Assembly (NCBI GenBank): GCA_051747805.1
Contig: JBNJGP010000065.1
Span: 1-15,469 of the forward strand
Direction of reading: 5' to 3'
DNA: 15,469 bases
Source: Candidatus Muiribacteriota bacterium
GTDB taxonomy: Bacteria > Muiribacteriota > Muiribacteriia > Muiribacteriales > Muiribacteriaceae
Shown here: positions 1-9,089 of the stretch, piece after piece
Position numbering within the stretch: the first letter of the stretch is position 1
Layout of the letters: each line of letters begins with the position of its first letter
Translations under genes and position numbers: made by a program
The notes under the pieces: model-generated
Told to the model about the DNA's origin: nothing
Seen by the model: only the letters and a program-made list of their open reading frames with translations
Databases searched by the model: none

Positions 1-1848
1 TAATATATCTGTATCAAACTCTTTATTCTGACTTTCAATTCTTGAGGCAATATTTACAACGTCACCTATTACAGTATATTCCATTCTTTCTGTTGTTCCA
101 ACATTTCCCGCAATTAAACTACCGGTATGAAGTCCAATTCCCTGTGAAATTACTGGATATTTTTCCAGTTTATTAAATTTAGAAAGAGCTTTTCTTAAAC
201 CAAGTGCTGATTTTAAGGCACCATCAACATGGTTATCAAGCCCAAAATTAGGTGAAAATATAGCCATAATTGAATCGCCTATAAATTTATTAATAACACC
301 TTTTTCTTTTAAAACAGGTTTAACCATATAGCCAAAATAATCATTTAAAAATTTAATTAATTTATCTGGTGACATTGACTCAGAAAGAGGGGTGAAATTT
401 CTAATATCAGTAAACATGATTGTTGTATCAAGCTCTTCACCTTCCAGCTTCACTTTACCAGTTTCCATAAGTTTTTTGGCTATTTCAACAGAAACGAACT
501 TACCAAATGTATCTCTTATCTTTTCTCTTTCGTTTAAGCCGGCAACCATGTTGTTGAAATGCCCTCTAAGTTTTCCGATTTCATCTGCTGAAAGAACAGA
601 AGCCCTTGTTGAGAAATCACCCTCTGAAACTTTATTCATATGCTCAACTAAGCGCGAAAGCGGTTGCTGAATATTTTTTTTAACCCTTAACATAGATAAT
701 ATTTGTGGAATAAAAAATATAATTCCGGCTGTAAAAATTGTAATCATTGGGAAAAAAATATAAAAAAGTGCTATAAAATCTATTTTATGAGCATTAATCA
801 GAGGAGCGATTCTACCAAAATGAAAATAAAAAGAAATAAATATATTAATAAAAAGAGGAACAATACCCAGACTGAAAATAATTAAGGCAATTCTTTTAGA
901 TAGACTTATTGAATAACCATTTTTTATTTTATATTTATTGTTTTTTGAAAAAATACCACAGGCAATTTTATTATAAATATACGAAGTTGTTATACCACAG
1001 TTAATAAATGTTGCCATACTTCCAAATAAAACCGCAGAAAAAAAATAGACAAGAGCATTTCTGAAAGTTAATGCATTTTCTATATAAAAAAATATATATC
1101 TAATAAAAAGAAAGTATAATGAATTTAACCATGATAAAATAAATATAAAAAAAGGAAGATTTACAATTTTCTGCTCTACCTTCATATTATAATTTTTTTT
1201 TTTAAACTTGTATTTATAAACAGGGAATAAATAAATTGTTAGAATTATAATTGATAAATACATAAATAAATGAAGTCTGTAAAGTTTATATTCTCTTCTG
1301 ATAAGCGTTTCTTTATTATCTCGTGGTAATATGAATAAATTTTTTATTATTGAGTTTATCCGGCTCCCTGATAATTCAATTTGTCCGGTACTTCTATCGC
1401 CAACATCCAGCTTTATACGACCAAATTTCGGTTTAGATGATTCAGGGGCGTCCTTTGTTTCATTTTCAAATTCAACTTTGGATTTTTGTCTTATCTGAGC
1501 AACTATATTACTTTTATTTTTTAAAAAGTTTTCTTTTTCTAAATCCTCATAATTGATGTTTTCCAATGAATAACTTACTATCATTTCTTTGATTTCTTCT
1601 ATACTATTTGTATCTGACTCACCTTTGTAAACATTTTCAAGACGATTAAGTAAATTCTGAAGCATTAGCATATTTATACGTAAATTTATTGATTTTCTAT
1701 TTTCTTCAAGAAACCCTGAAATTTTTGTAAAATCATATTTGGTGTACTCTTCAAAACCGCGCATTATAAAAAAGGGAATAATAAGAGATATTACAAAATA
1801 AATATAGAGAGGTAAATATAATTTTTTTAAAAATTTTACAGGTTTCAT
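1..1848 (-). CDS. Membrane-bound class III adenylate cyclase with HAMP domain (3' end truncated by window edge)
   Basis: Not in the ORF track. I read the minus frame from ATG at 1848 to position 1 with no stop (616 codons). MKPVKFLKKLYLPLYIYFVISLIIPFFI (TM), a soluble region, several TM helices, HAMP (QPLSRLVEHMNKVSEGDFSTRASVLSADEIGKLRGHFNNMV), then cyclase motifs IMFTDIRNFT, NKFIGDSIMAIF, GIGLHTG, GNVG, EYTVIGDVVNIASRIE. Confidence 0.95.
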   Translation of the reverse strand, partial: MKPVKFLKKLYLPLYIYFVISLIIPFFIMRGFEEYTKYDFTKISGFLEENRKSINLRINMLMLQNLLNRLENVYKGESDTNSIEEIKEMIVSYSLENINYEDLEKENFLKNKSNIVAQIRQKSKVEFENETKDAPESSKPKFGRIKLDVGDRSTGQIELSGSRINSIIKNLFILPRDNKETLIRREYKLYRLHLFMYLSIIILTIYLFPVYKYKFKKKNYNMKVEQKIVNLPFFIFILSWLNSLYFLFIRYIFFYIENALTFRNALVYFFSAVLFGSMATFINCGITTSYIYNKIACGIFSKNNKYKIKNGYSISLSKRIALIIFSLGIVPLFINIFISFYFHFGRIAPLINAHKIDFIALFYIFFPMITIFTAGIIFFIPQILSMLRVKKNIQQPLSRLVEHMNKVSEGDFSTRASVLSADEIGKLRGHFNNMVAGLNEREKIRDTFGKFVSVEIAKKLMETGKVKLEGEELDTTIMFTDIRNFTPLSESMSPDKLIKFLNDYFGYMVKPVLKEKGVINKFIGDSIMAIFSPNFGLDNHVDGALKSALGLRKALSKFNKLEKYPVISQGIGLHTGSLIAGNVGTTERMEYTVIGDVVNIASRIESQNKEFDTDIL

Positions 1849-1856
1849 TTAAAAAA

Positions 1857-1885
1857 ATAATATTAAATTGTTATTGTAAAGTCAA
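1857..1885 (-). promoter_or_regulatory. sigma70-type promoter for the cyclase gene
   Basis: TTGACT (1885-1880), 17 nt spacer, TATTAT (1862-1857); ATG lies only 8 nt downstream. Confidence 0.65.
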
Positions 1886-1940
1886 TATACAATATTTAAA
1901 CTCACCCCGCTACCCGCTTCCTCTAGTCTGTTCTTTAATT

Positions 1941-3146
1941 TCAGAGGTTAACAACGGGAATTATGCTGTATCCATTAAACGGAGTATTTCTACCTTTTGA
2001 CTTGAATTTCCCAATGTCCACCTTTTCAATTTTATCTAAATTTATCAGGTTGAAAGTGAATGCGGCCCCTTCTTTAATTTCTGAAATATTTTCTAGTCCA
2101 AGAATTTTAAGTGGATTATTACAAAGCAGGGAAACAATTTTTTTAAGGGGAAAATCACGTTTTTTATAAAGTTCATAAAAAATCAACGGGGCCATAATTT
2201 CAATTCCAGAAACACCAAATGGTGCGTTTTCCCAACAAACTTGTTTTTCTTTATATGTATGTGGGGCATGATCACTTGAAACAACATCTATTGAGCCATC
2301 TTTTAACCCGTTTATTAAAGCCCAGCAATCTTTTTCACAACGGAGCGGTGGGTTCATTTTCAAATTAGTATTTTTTCCATAATCTTTTATATTACTAGAT
2401 AAAAAAAGATGATGCGGGCATACTTCACAAGTAACATTAATATCTGAACTTTTAGCCTCTCGGATAAAATTAAGGGTTTTTTCTGTTGAAATATGTTGTA
2501 TATGGAGTTTAGCACCTGTTTTTTTAGCCAGGTTAATATCTCTTTTTACCATCACAATTTCAGCTTCACTTTGGTTTACGTTATATTTTCTGCTCTGACA
2601 ATGTGAACTTATTGTTAGGTCTAACTCTGCAGCTTTTTCAAAAGCCTTTAATGCTAGTTCATCATTATAAACCCCATCACCATCATCAGATATGAATTTT
2701 ATATTATGGTTTTTATAAAAATTAAAATCGGCAAGCTCTCTTCCTTCCCTGCCTTTTGTTATAGGTCCGCAATAAAGCAGTCCGGGATAATTTAACTGTT
2801 TTCTGTACTTATTAAATAATTCTACAGTATATAGACTGTCGGGTGCTGGTTTTGTGTTAGGCATCATTAAAACAGTATGAATTCCACCTGATATAGCGGC
2901 CTCAACCCCCGTTTTAATGGTTTCTTTATGGGAAAAGCCGGGTTCTCTGAAATGAACGTGTAAATCTGCAAACCCCGGAAAAAGTACTCCGTTTAATTTT
3001 TGTATAAGATTTAGGTTTTCAGTTTGAATTGATTTATCTATTTTTTCAATTATTCCATTTTTAACATAAATGTCATTTTTTTTTATTTTACCTGTTGAAT
3101 TTTCGAAATAGAAAGCATTTTTATAGACAACTTTATTCTTCATCAT
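1941..3146 (-). CDS. pyrC: Dihydroorotase (class I, amidohydrolase superfamily)
   Basis: DLHVHFREPG, MPNTKP, SDDG, SHC, HIQHIST, EVCPHHL, KMNPPLR, SDHAPH, APFGVSG, KGRNTPF. Start moved from 3209 to the ATG at 3146 (or 3143), overlapping the TPR gene stop. Confidence 0.92.
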   Translation of the reverse strand: MMKNKVVYKNAFYFENSTGKIKKNDIYVKNGIIEKIDKSIQTENLNLIQKLNGVLFPGFADLHVHFREPGFSHKETIKTGVEAAISGGIHTVLMMPNTKPAPDSLYTVELFNKYRKQLNYPGLLYCGPITKGREGRELADFNFYKNHNIKFISDDGDGVYNDELALKAFEKAAELDLTISSHCQSRKYNVNQSEAEIVMVKRDINLAKKTGAKLHIQHISTEKTLNFIREAKSSDINVTCEVCPHHLFLSSNIKDYGKNTNLKMNPPLRCEKDCWALINGLKDGSIDVVSSDHAPHTYKEKQVCWENAPFGVSGIEIMAPLIFYELYKKRDFPLKKIVSLLCNNPLKILGLENISEIKEGAAFTFNLINLDKIEKVDIGKFKSKGRNTPFNGYSIIPVVNL

Positions 3147-4881
3147 CTTCAAATGAAATTTTTTCAAGCTCATCCATGTACTGTTGCACAAATTCCCTTT
3201 CCTCTTCATTTAATGATTTTATATTAAGTGCGGTTTTAACCATCCTTCTGGCTGCCTGAATTTCTCTGGACTCAATAAGTATATTGGCCGAATCTATGTA
3301 TGGTATATAAAAATGAGGATATTTTTTAATTAAATTACCATATTCTTCAAGAGCCTTCTCTTCTGAACCAGTTTGAGCAAAAAGACGGGCTTTAACGAGC
3401 ATAAATTCGCGTTCTTCTGAATATTCAGGATATTTATCAAAGATTTTAGCCACATCTGTATATTTTTCTGCATTAAACAATGTTTCAAGATATTTTAATA
3501 TAATATAATAATCAACTTTATCATCCTCTTTTTGATACAAAGCTATAACTTTTTCAAAAAATCTTGCGCTTTCTTCAAACTGACCATACTCAAAATGCAA
3601 ATCCCCTAGAATTTCAAAACAGAAAGCTTTTATTGCGATTTTGTCTGTTAATTCTACAAGTTCTTCGGCTAAATCACCTGCCTCATCAGGTCTTCCCATT
3701 TCCCATAAAACTTCGATTTTCTCAATATTATAATCCTCATTATCAGAAATTTTAATTGCTTTTTCTATACATTCAAGGGCATTATCAAACATATTCTGTT
3801 TTTTCCAGAAATAATAGTAAAGAAGATAAATATCATCTTCTGGACTATAATTATCCTTCAGGGCAAGTTCAAGTATTTTTTCAGCATAAGGAAGCAAATC
3901 CCCTTCAATAAAATACTGGGCTGTTGTGATTTTTTGAAGATTTTCAGGAGAAACTTTCATAGAAAGTTTATCCCCTTTTTTTACTTTATTCAGGTAATAG
4001 AGGATTCCTGCCCTTGTAAGTAGATTTCTTGCCATATCCTCATCATCATTTACTTTTTTATGTGAAAGTTCAAATAATTTAAGCGCCAGCAACGGTTCAT
4101 CAAATCGAAGAAGCATTGTGCCGACATTTTCTGTAAAAAGTATAATATCTTTGGATTTTTCAAGCTCAGGAAACAATTCTCTTACAATTTTTATAAATTT
4201 AGATTTTTTTTCCTGAGCAAAATAAATAAAACTTTTAATTAATTTAGCCTTTAAATGATTATTTCCCTCTTTTACAAGTTCTAACGCTTTAAGAGCCTCG
4301 CCGTACTGCTTCTGCTGAATTTTAATAAGAGAAAGTAAAATACAGTCAACTTCAAGGTCCTCTTCTGATTGAAATATTTTGTCAAAAATTTTTTCAGCCT
4401 CATCATAATTCTCTTTGATGTACTGAAGTTTTGCAAGACCCTGATAATATACAGCATTATCTTTTGATTCCTCAATAGCTTTTTTAATATTTTCTTCTGA
4501 TTTATCAGGGTTGCCAAGCAGATAATAAATTTCAGATAATTCACCATAAACATTTCCGATTTTTTCTGCTGGAAGATTTGGAATTTTAAGGATTTTTTCA
4601 AAAATTTTAAGAGCTTTTTTATATTTTTCTGTTGCAATTAGTGAAAGACCATATTTATAGTTAACAGCATAATCATCTTTTTTTAGCCTGGAAATCTCTT
4701 TATAAAGTTCAACCGCACCCTCTTTATGCCCATTAAAAAAATACGAATCTGCCATTAAAAGACGTGCCGGTATATTTTCTTTATCTTTTTCAAGAATCTG
4801 AAGACAAATATCAATAGCCTTTTCATAATCTTTCTGACCAAAAAATGATTCTGCAACTGTAATTAAATTTTCTTTATCCAT
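3133..4881 (-). CDS. Tetratricopeptide repeat protein, 582 aa
   Basis: Repeated TPR-like helices (e.g. YEKAIDICLQILEKDKENIPARLLMADSYF, LGDLHFEYGQFEESARFFEKVI); SD GGAG before the ATG. Confidence 0.85.
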   Translation of the reverse strand: MDKENLITVAESFFGQKDYEKAIDICLQILEKDKENIPARLLMADSYFFNGHKEGAVELYKEISRLKKDDYAVNYKYGLSLIATEKYKKALKIFEKILKIPNLPAEKIGNVYGELSEIYYLLGNPDKSEENIKKAIEESKDNAVYYQGLAKLQYIKENYDEAEKIFDKIFQSEEDLEVDCILLSLIKIQQKQYGEALKALELVKEGNNHLKAKLIKSFIYFAQEKKSKFIKIVRELFPELEKSKDIILFTENVGTMLLRFDEPLLALKLFELSHKKVNDDEDMARNLLTRAGILYYLNKVKKGDKLSMKVSPENLQKITTAQYFIEGDLLPYAEKILELALKDNYSPEDDIYLLYYYFWKKQNMFDNALECIEKAIKISDNEDYNIEKIEVLWEMGRPDEAGDLAEELVELTDKIAIKAFCFEILGDLHFEYGQFEESARFFEKVIALYQKEDDKVDYYIILKYLETLFNAEKYTDVAKIFDKYPEYSEEREFMLVKARLFAQTGSEEKALEEYGNLIKKYPHFYIPYIDSANILIESREIQAARRMVKTALNIKSLNEEEREFVQQYMDELEKISFEDDEE

Positions 4882-4889
4882 TATAACTC

Positions 4890-5279
4890 CTATAGACTCA
4901 AGGGAGATAATCTAAAGCTTAACTTTTCATCTTCCCATGAAATCGTGATTTTTTTCAGCGACCGATTTTCCTTAATAACCTCAATAAAAGTGTTTCCATG
5001 TTTTTTAAACCCTTTTATTTCAGGAAAACTATTACTCTGCTGAATAAAATTATATTTTTCCAATTCAATTTTATCAGATAAAGACAGGTTATCAAATCCG
5101 GTTTCCTTGATAACCTCGGATATATTAATTAAATATCGCTGTGTATAGGCTTCCTCACTGCTTAAAAACGCAATCTGTCCACCAGTTGTTCTTAAATAAA
5201 AAACCGGCGTTACAAGAAGCATAAAAATCACAATACTTACTAAAACCTCAATCAGCGAGTAGGCTTTTTGTGTAAACAA
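4890..5279 (-). CDS. Prepilin-type N-terminal cleavage/methylation domain protein (minor pilin or pseudopilin)
   Basis: Class III signal-like QKA|YSLIEVLVSIVIFMLLV with Glu at +5 and a hydrophobic helix. Start is either the TTG at 5279 (AAGGA upstream) or the ATG at 5297; both overlap the prmA 3' end. Confidence 0.75.
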   Translation of the reverse strand: MFTQKAYSLIEVLVSIVIFMLLVTPVFYLRTTGGQIAFLSSEEAYTQRYLINISEVIKETGFDNLSLSDKIELEKYNFIQQSNSFPEIKGFKKHGNTFIEVIKENRSLKKITISWEDEKLSFRLSPLSL

Positions 5280-6093
5280 GAGATGTCCATCCTTCATAAC
5301 TTAATTTTTTATAAAGTTTATATTTGTTAAAAGCTTTAAAAACTTCCTCTGTCTGAGAATCCTCAATACCACTTAATATTATAAATTTATCAGGTTTAAC
5401 ATAAGACATCAAGGTTTCAGCGTTATTTACAAGAACATGGGATAAAATATTTGCACATACAAGGTCATACTGATTTTTTAAAGGAACTATTTCAGAACAG
5501 AATGTATTAACTTTTACATTATTTAATTTTTGATTCTCTTCAGCATTAATAATTGCATCTGAATCAATATCAAAAGCTTCTGCATATGGGGTTCCCAGTT
5601 TTTTTGCGGCAATTGATAAAATAGAGGAACCACAGCCCGGTTCCAAAAAGTAGTTCACAATATGCCTTTCCATAACTTTCTGAATAAGCATCAGGCATTG
5701 ATGGGTTGTTGGGTGCTGCCCGCTTCCAAAAGCCTGTGCCGGGTTTATTATAATCCTTTTTTTTGCACCTTTATAATCGTCTTTATAACCTTCGGCAACA
5801 ATAACAAAATCACCGGCTTCCACTGCTGTAAAATCACCATGAAGTTTTTTCTGCCACTCCATATTTAACTTTTTTGATTTTATCCTAAAAGAAATTCCAC
5901 AGGAATCAATATGTTTTTTTATTTTTTCAAAATAGTTTTTATTCCTTGTATATATAATAATTGAACCATCTGTTTCAAAAACCTGACTTAAAAAACCAAG
6001 AGCATAAAGTATGCTTGAAATATTTTCAGTATCTTTATTATCTTCTGGTTTAATTGTTATACTTATCCAGCTTTTTGACGTATTATGTGACAT
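5248..6093 (-). CDS. prmA: Ribosomal protein L11 methyltransferase
   Basis: INPAQAFGSGQHPTT, SAM motif EPGCGSSILSIAA, AFDID, ANIL, ILSGI, EGW; SD GAGGA. Confidence 0.9.
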   Translation of the reverse strand: MSHNTSKSWISITIKPEDNKDTENISSILYALGFLSQVFETDGSIIIYTRNKNYFEKIKKHIDSCGISFRIKSKKLNMEWQKKLHGDFTAVEAGDFVIVAEGYKDDYKGAKKRIIINPAQAFGSGQHPTTHQCLMLIQKVMERHIVNYFLEPGCGSSILSIAAKKLGTPYAEAFDIDSDAIINAEENQKLNNVKVNTFCSEIVPLKNQYDLVCANILSHVLVNNAETLMSYVKPDKFIILSGIEDSQTEEVFKAFNKYKLYKKLSYEGWTSLVYTKSLLAD

Positions 6094-6130
6094 TTTTTTA
6101 TCCTCATCTTTTTTATATTAAGTTTTAATT

Positions 6131-6159
6131 ATTATACATAGTTAAAAATATTTTTGCAA
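6131..6159 (-). promoter_or_regulatory. sigma70-type promoter for the prmA operon
   Basis: TTGCAA (6159-6154), 17 nt spacer, TATAAT (6136-6131). Confidence 0.7.
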
Positions 6160-6161
6160 AT

Positions 6162-6190
6162 TTGACAAAGTGCATTTAGAGGAATAATAT
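6162..6190 (+). promoter_or_regulatory. sigma70-type promoter for the antiporter (back-to-back with the prmA promoter)
   Basis: TTGACA (6162-6167), 17 nt spacer, TAATAT (6185-6190). Confidence 0.7.
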
Positions 6191-6219
6191 AAAATCAATC
6201 ACAGAGATAATGGAGTTTT

Positions 6220-7458
6220 ATGAACAACTGTCCAGTTTTTTACATGCTTTTTAATGATGTTCCAGATTTTTTGATTCTTGCTGTAATTATTATTTCCGGT
6301 TTCTATATTGGAAAAAGCATGAAATTTATAAAACTTCCAACAATAATTGGTTTTATGTTAACCGGGGTTTTACTTGGACCTTCTTTTTTAAATTTTTTAA
6401 CACATGATGTTCAAAAAACTTTTTCTTTTATAACTGAACTTTCACTTGGTTTTGTGGCACTGGGTATTGGTCTTGAGTTAAGTATGAAACAATTAAAAAG
6501 ACAGGGAAAAAGTGTCATGTTAATGATTATATTTGAAACTGTTTTTACTTTTATACTTGTTACAGCTGGAATTTATCTTTTCAGCTCTGACCTCCCCCTT
6601 TCCCTGATTGCTGGAGCAATAGCCTCTGCAAGTGCACCTATGGGAACTGTGGCAATTATCCAGGAATACCGGGCAAGAGGTCCGGTTACGAATGTTTTAT
6701 ATTCTATAGTAGGTCTTGATGATGGTCTTGGAATTATTTTATTTGGATTTTCTTCTGCATTTGCGGTAAATATGCTTTCTGGCAACTTATTCAGCAACGG
6801 GCTGGATTATTTTGCGCTTTTAATTCCCCCGTTTTTTCAAATTCTATGGAGCATTATTCTTGGATCTTTTCTGGGTTTGATTTTTCCTGCGCTGGCTATT
6901 AAATTAAAAAACCCACGTGATATATATGTAATAACCGTCGGTTTTGTATTATTAGCAACTGGAATAAGTCTTAATTTTAAACTTTCTTTTATTTTAACTA
7001 ATATGATTCTTGGAATTTTTATTGCAAATACCCAGAAAAATACCCTAATTCGTAATATTAAGGATAATTTAAATACAAATTTACCATTACTTTTTGTGTT
7101 ATTTTTTGTATTAGGTGGTGCCCATCTTGAAATAAGAAGTGTTTTCACTGTTGGAATTATCAGTATTATCTATATAATTGGCAGAATTGCTGGAAAAATA
7201 GGCGGAACTTATATTGCGGGATATATTGGAAAAGTGGAATCAAATATAAAAAAATATGCCGGACTGGGAATATTATCTCAGGCTGGACTGGCTATTGGTT
7301 TATCTTTAATTGCTCATCAGGAGCTGGCTGGAATAAGTTCTGAAGCTGCTTTAATTGGGAATAAAATAGTTACTCTTGTTGCGGCAACCTGTGTATTTTT
7401 TGAAGTTCTTGGTCCTCTTGCCGCTAAATATGCCCTTGAAAAATCAAATGAAATATAG
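6220..7458 (+). CDS. Cation:proton antiporter (CPA2 / Na+/H+ exchanger family)
   Basis: Highly hydrophobic multi-TM protein; KLPTIIGFMLTGVLLGP, IGLEL, ASAPMGT, VGLDDGLG, FFVLGGAHL, GRIAGKIGG, QAGLAIGL, EVLGP; SD GGAG. Confidence 0.9.
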   Translation: MNNCPVFYMLFNDVPDFLILAVIIISGFYIGKSMKFIKLPTIIGFMLTGVLLGPSFLNFLTHDVQKTFSFITELSLGFVALGIGLELSMKQLKRQGKSVMLMIIFETVFTFILVTAGIYLFSSDLPLSLIAGAIASASAPMGTVAIIQEYRARGPVTNVLYSIVGLDDGLGIILFGFSSAFAVNMLSGNLFSNGLDYFALLIPPFFQILWSIILGSFLGLIFPALAIKLKNPRDIYVITVGFVLLATGISLNFKLSFILTNMILGIFIANTQKNTLIRNIKDNLNTNLPLLFVLFFVLGGAHLEIRSVFTVGIISIIYIIGRIAGKIGGTYIAGYIGKVESNIKKYAGLGILSQAGLAIGLSLIAHQELAGISSEAALIGNKIVTLVAATCVFFEVLGPLAAKYALEKSNEI

Positions 7459-7473
7459 TCATGTGATTATTTT

Positions 7474-7953
7474 TTATTTACACTCTTTACAGAAACCATA
7501 AAATTTAACAATATGATAATTTATTTTAAAATCATATTTTCTGGATATTTTATTTTCTTCTTTTCTAAAAATTTCTTTTTCATCATGGGTGATATCAGAT
7601 GTATATTCAATCAGTTTGCCACATTTAACACATTCAAGAAAATGATGATGCTCCTTACCTTTCAGTTGATATCTTGAAATTTTGTCTCCAGAATCAACTT
7701 TCTGTAAAAACCCCATTTTAGTTAACAGGTCTAAAGTACGATAAACTGTGGCTGCCCCAGTTTCAGGTGATTTTTTTTTAATTATAGTAATTACGTCCTC
7801 GGCAGAAAGACTATTTTCTGCTTTCTGCATTATATTTATAATTTCCTGTCTTGGAACAGTAAACTTCAGACCTGTATTAACAAACTTAGTTTTCCAGAGG
7901 CAATTTTCAATATTTCTATTACAACAGAAACATTTACCTTTTCTACTTCGCAA
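7474..7953 (-). CDS. Fur-family transcriptional regulator
   Basis: TVPRQEII, SAEDV, ATVYRTLDLL, HHHFLECVKCG, C-terminal CKEC; TTG start with AGGAG 5 nt upstream. Confidence 0.93.
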   Translation of the reverse strand: MRSRKGKCFCCNRNIENCLWKTKFVNTGLKFTVPRQEIINIMQKAENSLSAEDVITIIKKKSPETGAATVYRTLDLLTKMGFLQKVDSGDKISRYQLKGKEHHHFLECVKCGKLIEYTSDITHDEKEIFRKEENKISRKYDFKINYHIVKFYGFCKECK

Positions 7954-7961
7954 ATCTTCTC

Positions 7962-9089
7962 CTAATGATTACAAGCATTGGTGCTTCTGGATAAAGTGCC
8001 CTTTAGATAATCTTTAATAATGTTATCGGGCTTATCTACCTCAACGCCAATAATTGTATCAATTTTAAAACTTTTGAATAATTCAACTGCTCTAGGACCC
8101 ATTCCACCAGTTATAATAACAGAAACTTCCAGTTCATTCAACCACTTTGGAATAACTTCAGGCTTATGTTCGGGTGGAGTTAACCAGGAAGTTTTCAACA
8201 CTTTTTTTGACTTTTTATCAACTTCTGCAATAAAGAATTTTTCACAATGCCCAAAATGCATACTTAATGCCTTATTTTCCAAAGGAATTCCGATTTTTTC
8301 AATATTTTTTTCCATAATATTCTCCTTTTTTTCAGATGATAAATTCAATATTTTTTCAACAACTTTTTCAAACTCTTTTTTTAATGCTTCGTTGCCATAA
8401 TATACAAATGGTTTTCCATTATCAGAAAGTTCTGAAATTTCTGCTTCAATTGGAATTTCTGCCAGAATATTAATATTATTTTTTTCTACATACTTCTTTA
8501 ACCCATTTTCTTTAAATATATCATATGTTTTATTGCATTCTGGACACTTAAAGCCGGACATATTTTCAATAATTCCAACAACTGGTATATTCATCTGTTT
8601 ACAAAATTCAATGGATTTTTTCACATCAATTAAGGCAACATTTTGAGGAGTAGTAACTATTAAGGCCTGGGAATTTTTAAGGGTCTGAAAAACAGTCAAG
8701 GGTTCATCACCAGTGCCTGGTGGACAATCAACTATTAAATAATCCAAGTCTCCCCAGTCACAATCTTCGATCAACTGTTTTATAAAACCCAGTTTTTTTG
8801 GACCTCTCCATATAATAGGATTGTTCTCATTTTCAAGAAACATTCCGATTGATAAAGCATAAAGATTACTTGTAACTTTGGCAGGAATAATTTTATCTCC
8901 GATAAATTGAGCGTTTTCGTCTTCAATATTAAGCATTTTCGTAATAGACGGACCGTGTAAGTCAACATCTAAAATTGCGGTTTTCTGACCCTGCATACCC
9001 AAAGATACCGCAAGGTTAACAGCAACTGTTGATTTTCCTACACCACCTTTTCCAGATAGTACTGTAATAATATTTTTTATATTACTCAT
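7962..9089 (-). CDS. Mrp/NBP35 (ApbC-like) Fe-S carrier ATPase fused to a C-terminal NifB/NifX-family domain (MrpORP-like)
   Basis: GKGGVGKS, DVDLHGPS, IIWRGP, DCPPGTGD, VTTPQ, ENMSGFKCPEC; then IGIPLENKALSMHFGHCEKF...GGMGPRA...NACNH. Confidence 0.92.
   Translation of the reverse strand: MSNIKNIITVLSGKGGVGKSTVAVNLAVSLGMQGQKTAILDVDLHGPSITKMLNIEDENAQFIGDKIIPAKVTSNLYALSIGMFLENENNPIIWRGPKKLGFIKQLIEDCDWGDLDYLIVDCPPGTGDEPLTVFQTLKNSQALIVTTPQNVALIDVKKSIEFCKQMNIPVVGIIENMSGFKCPECNKTYDIFKENGLKKYVEKNNINILAEIPIEAEISELSDNGKPFVYYGNEALKKEFEKVVEKILNLSSEKKENIMEKNIEKIGIPLENKALSMHFGHCEKFFIAEVDKKSKKVLKTSWLTPPEHKPEVIPKWLNELEVSVIITGGMGPRAVELFKSFKIDTIIGVEVDKPDNIIKDYLKGTLSRSTNACNH

Noticed and set aside
392..885. 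Plus-strand ORFs 392-670 and 703-885
   Set aside because: Antisense shadows of the cyclase gene.
1193..1203. A11 tract in the cyclase coding strand as a phase-variation site
   Set aside because: The frame is intact and long A/T runs are common in this AT-rich sequence; it would need read-level length variation.
1899..1930. GC-rich patch after pyrC as a terminator
   Set aside because: G-rich on one strand (AGCGGGTAGCGGGG) with no complementary arm, so no hairpin.
3147..3209. Longer pyrC start at 3209
   Set aside because: It needs a 77 bp overlap with the TPR gene, and the family-like sequence begins near 3146.
5620..5646. PrmA SAM motif variant EPGCGSS as a sign of inactivation
   Set aside because: The GxG core and all other PrmA motifs are intact; this is likely ordinary divergence.
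1963..8968. Small ORFs at 1963, 3564, 4281, 5662, 6573, 6837, 7748, 8020 and 8780
   Set aside because: They overlap well-supported genes antisense or out of frame and have no recognisable motifs.
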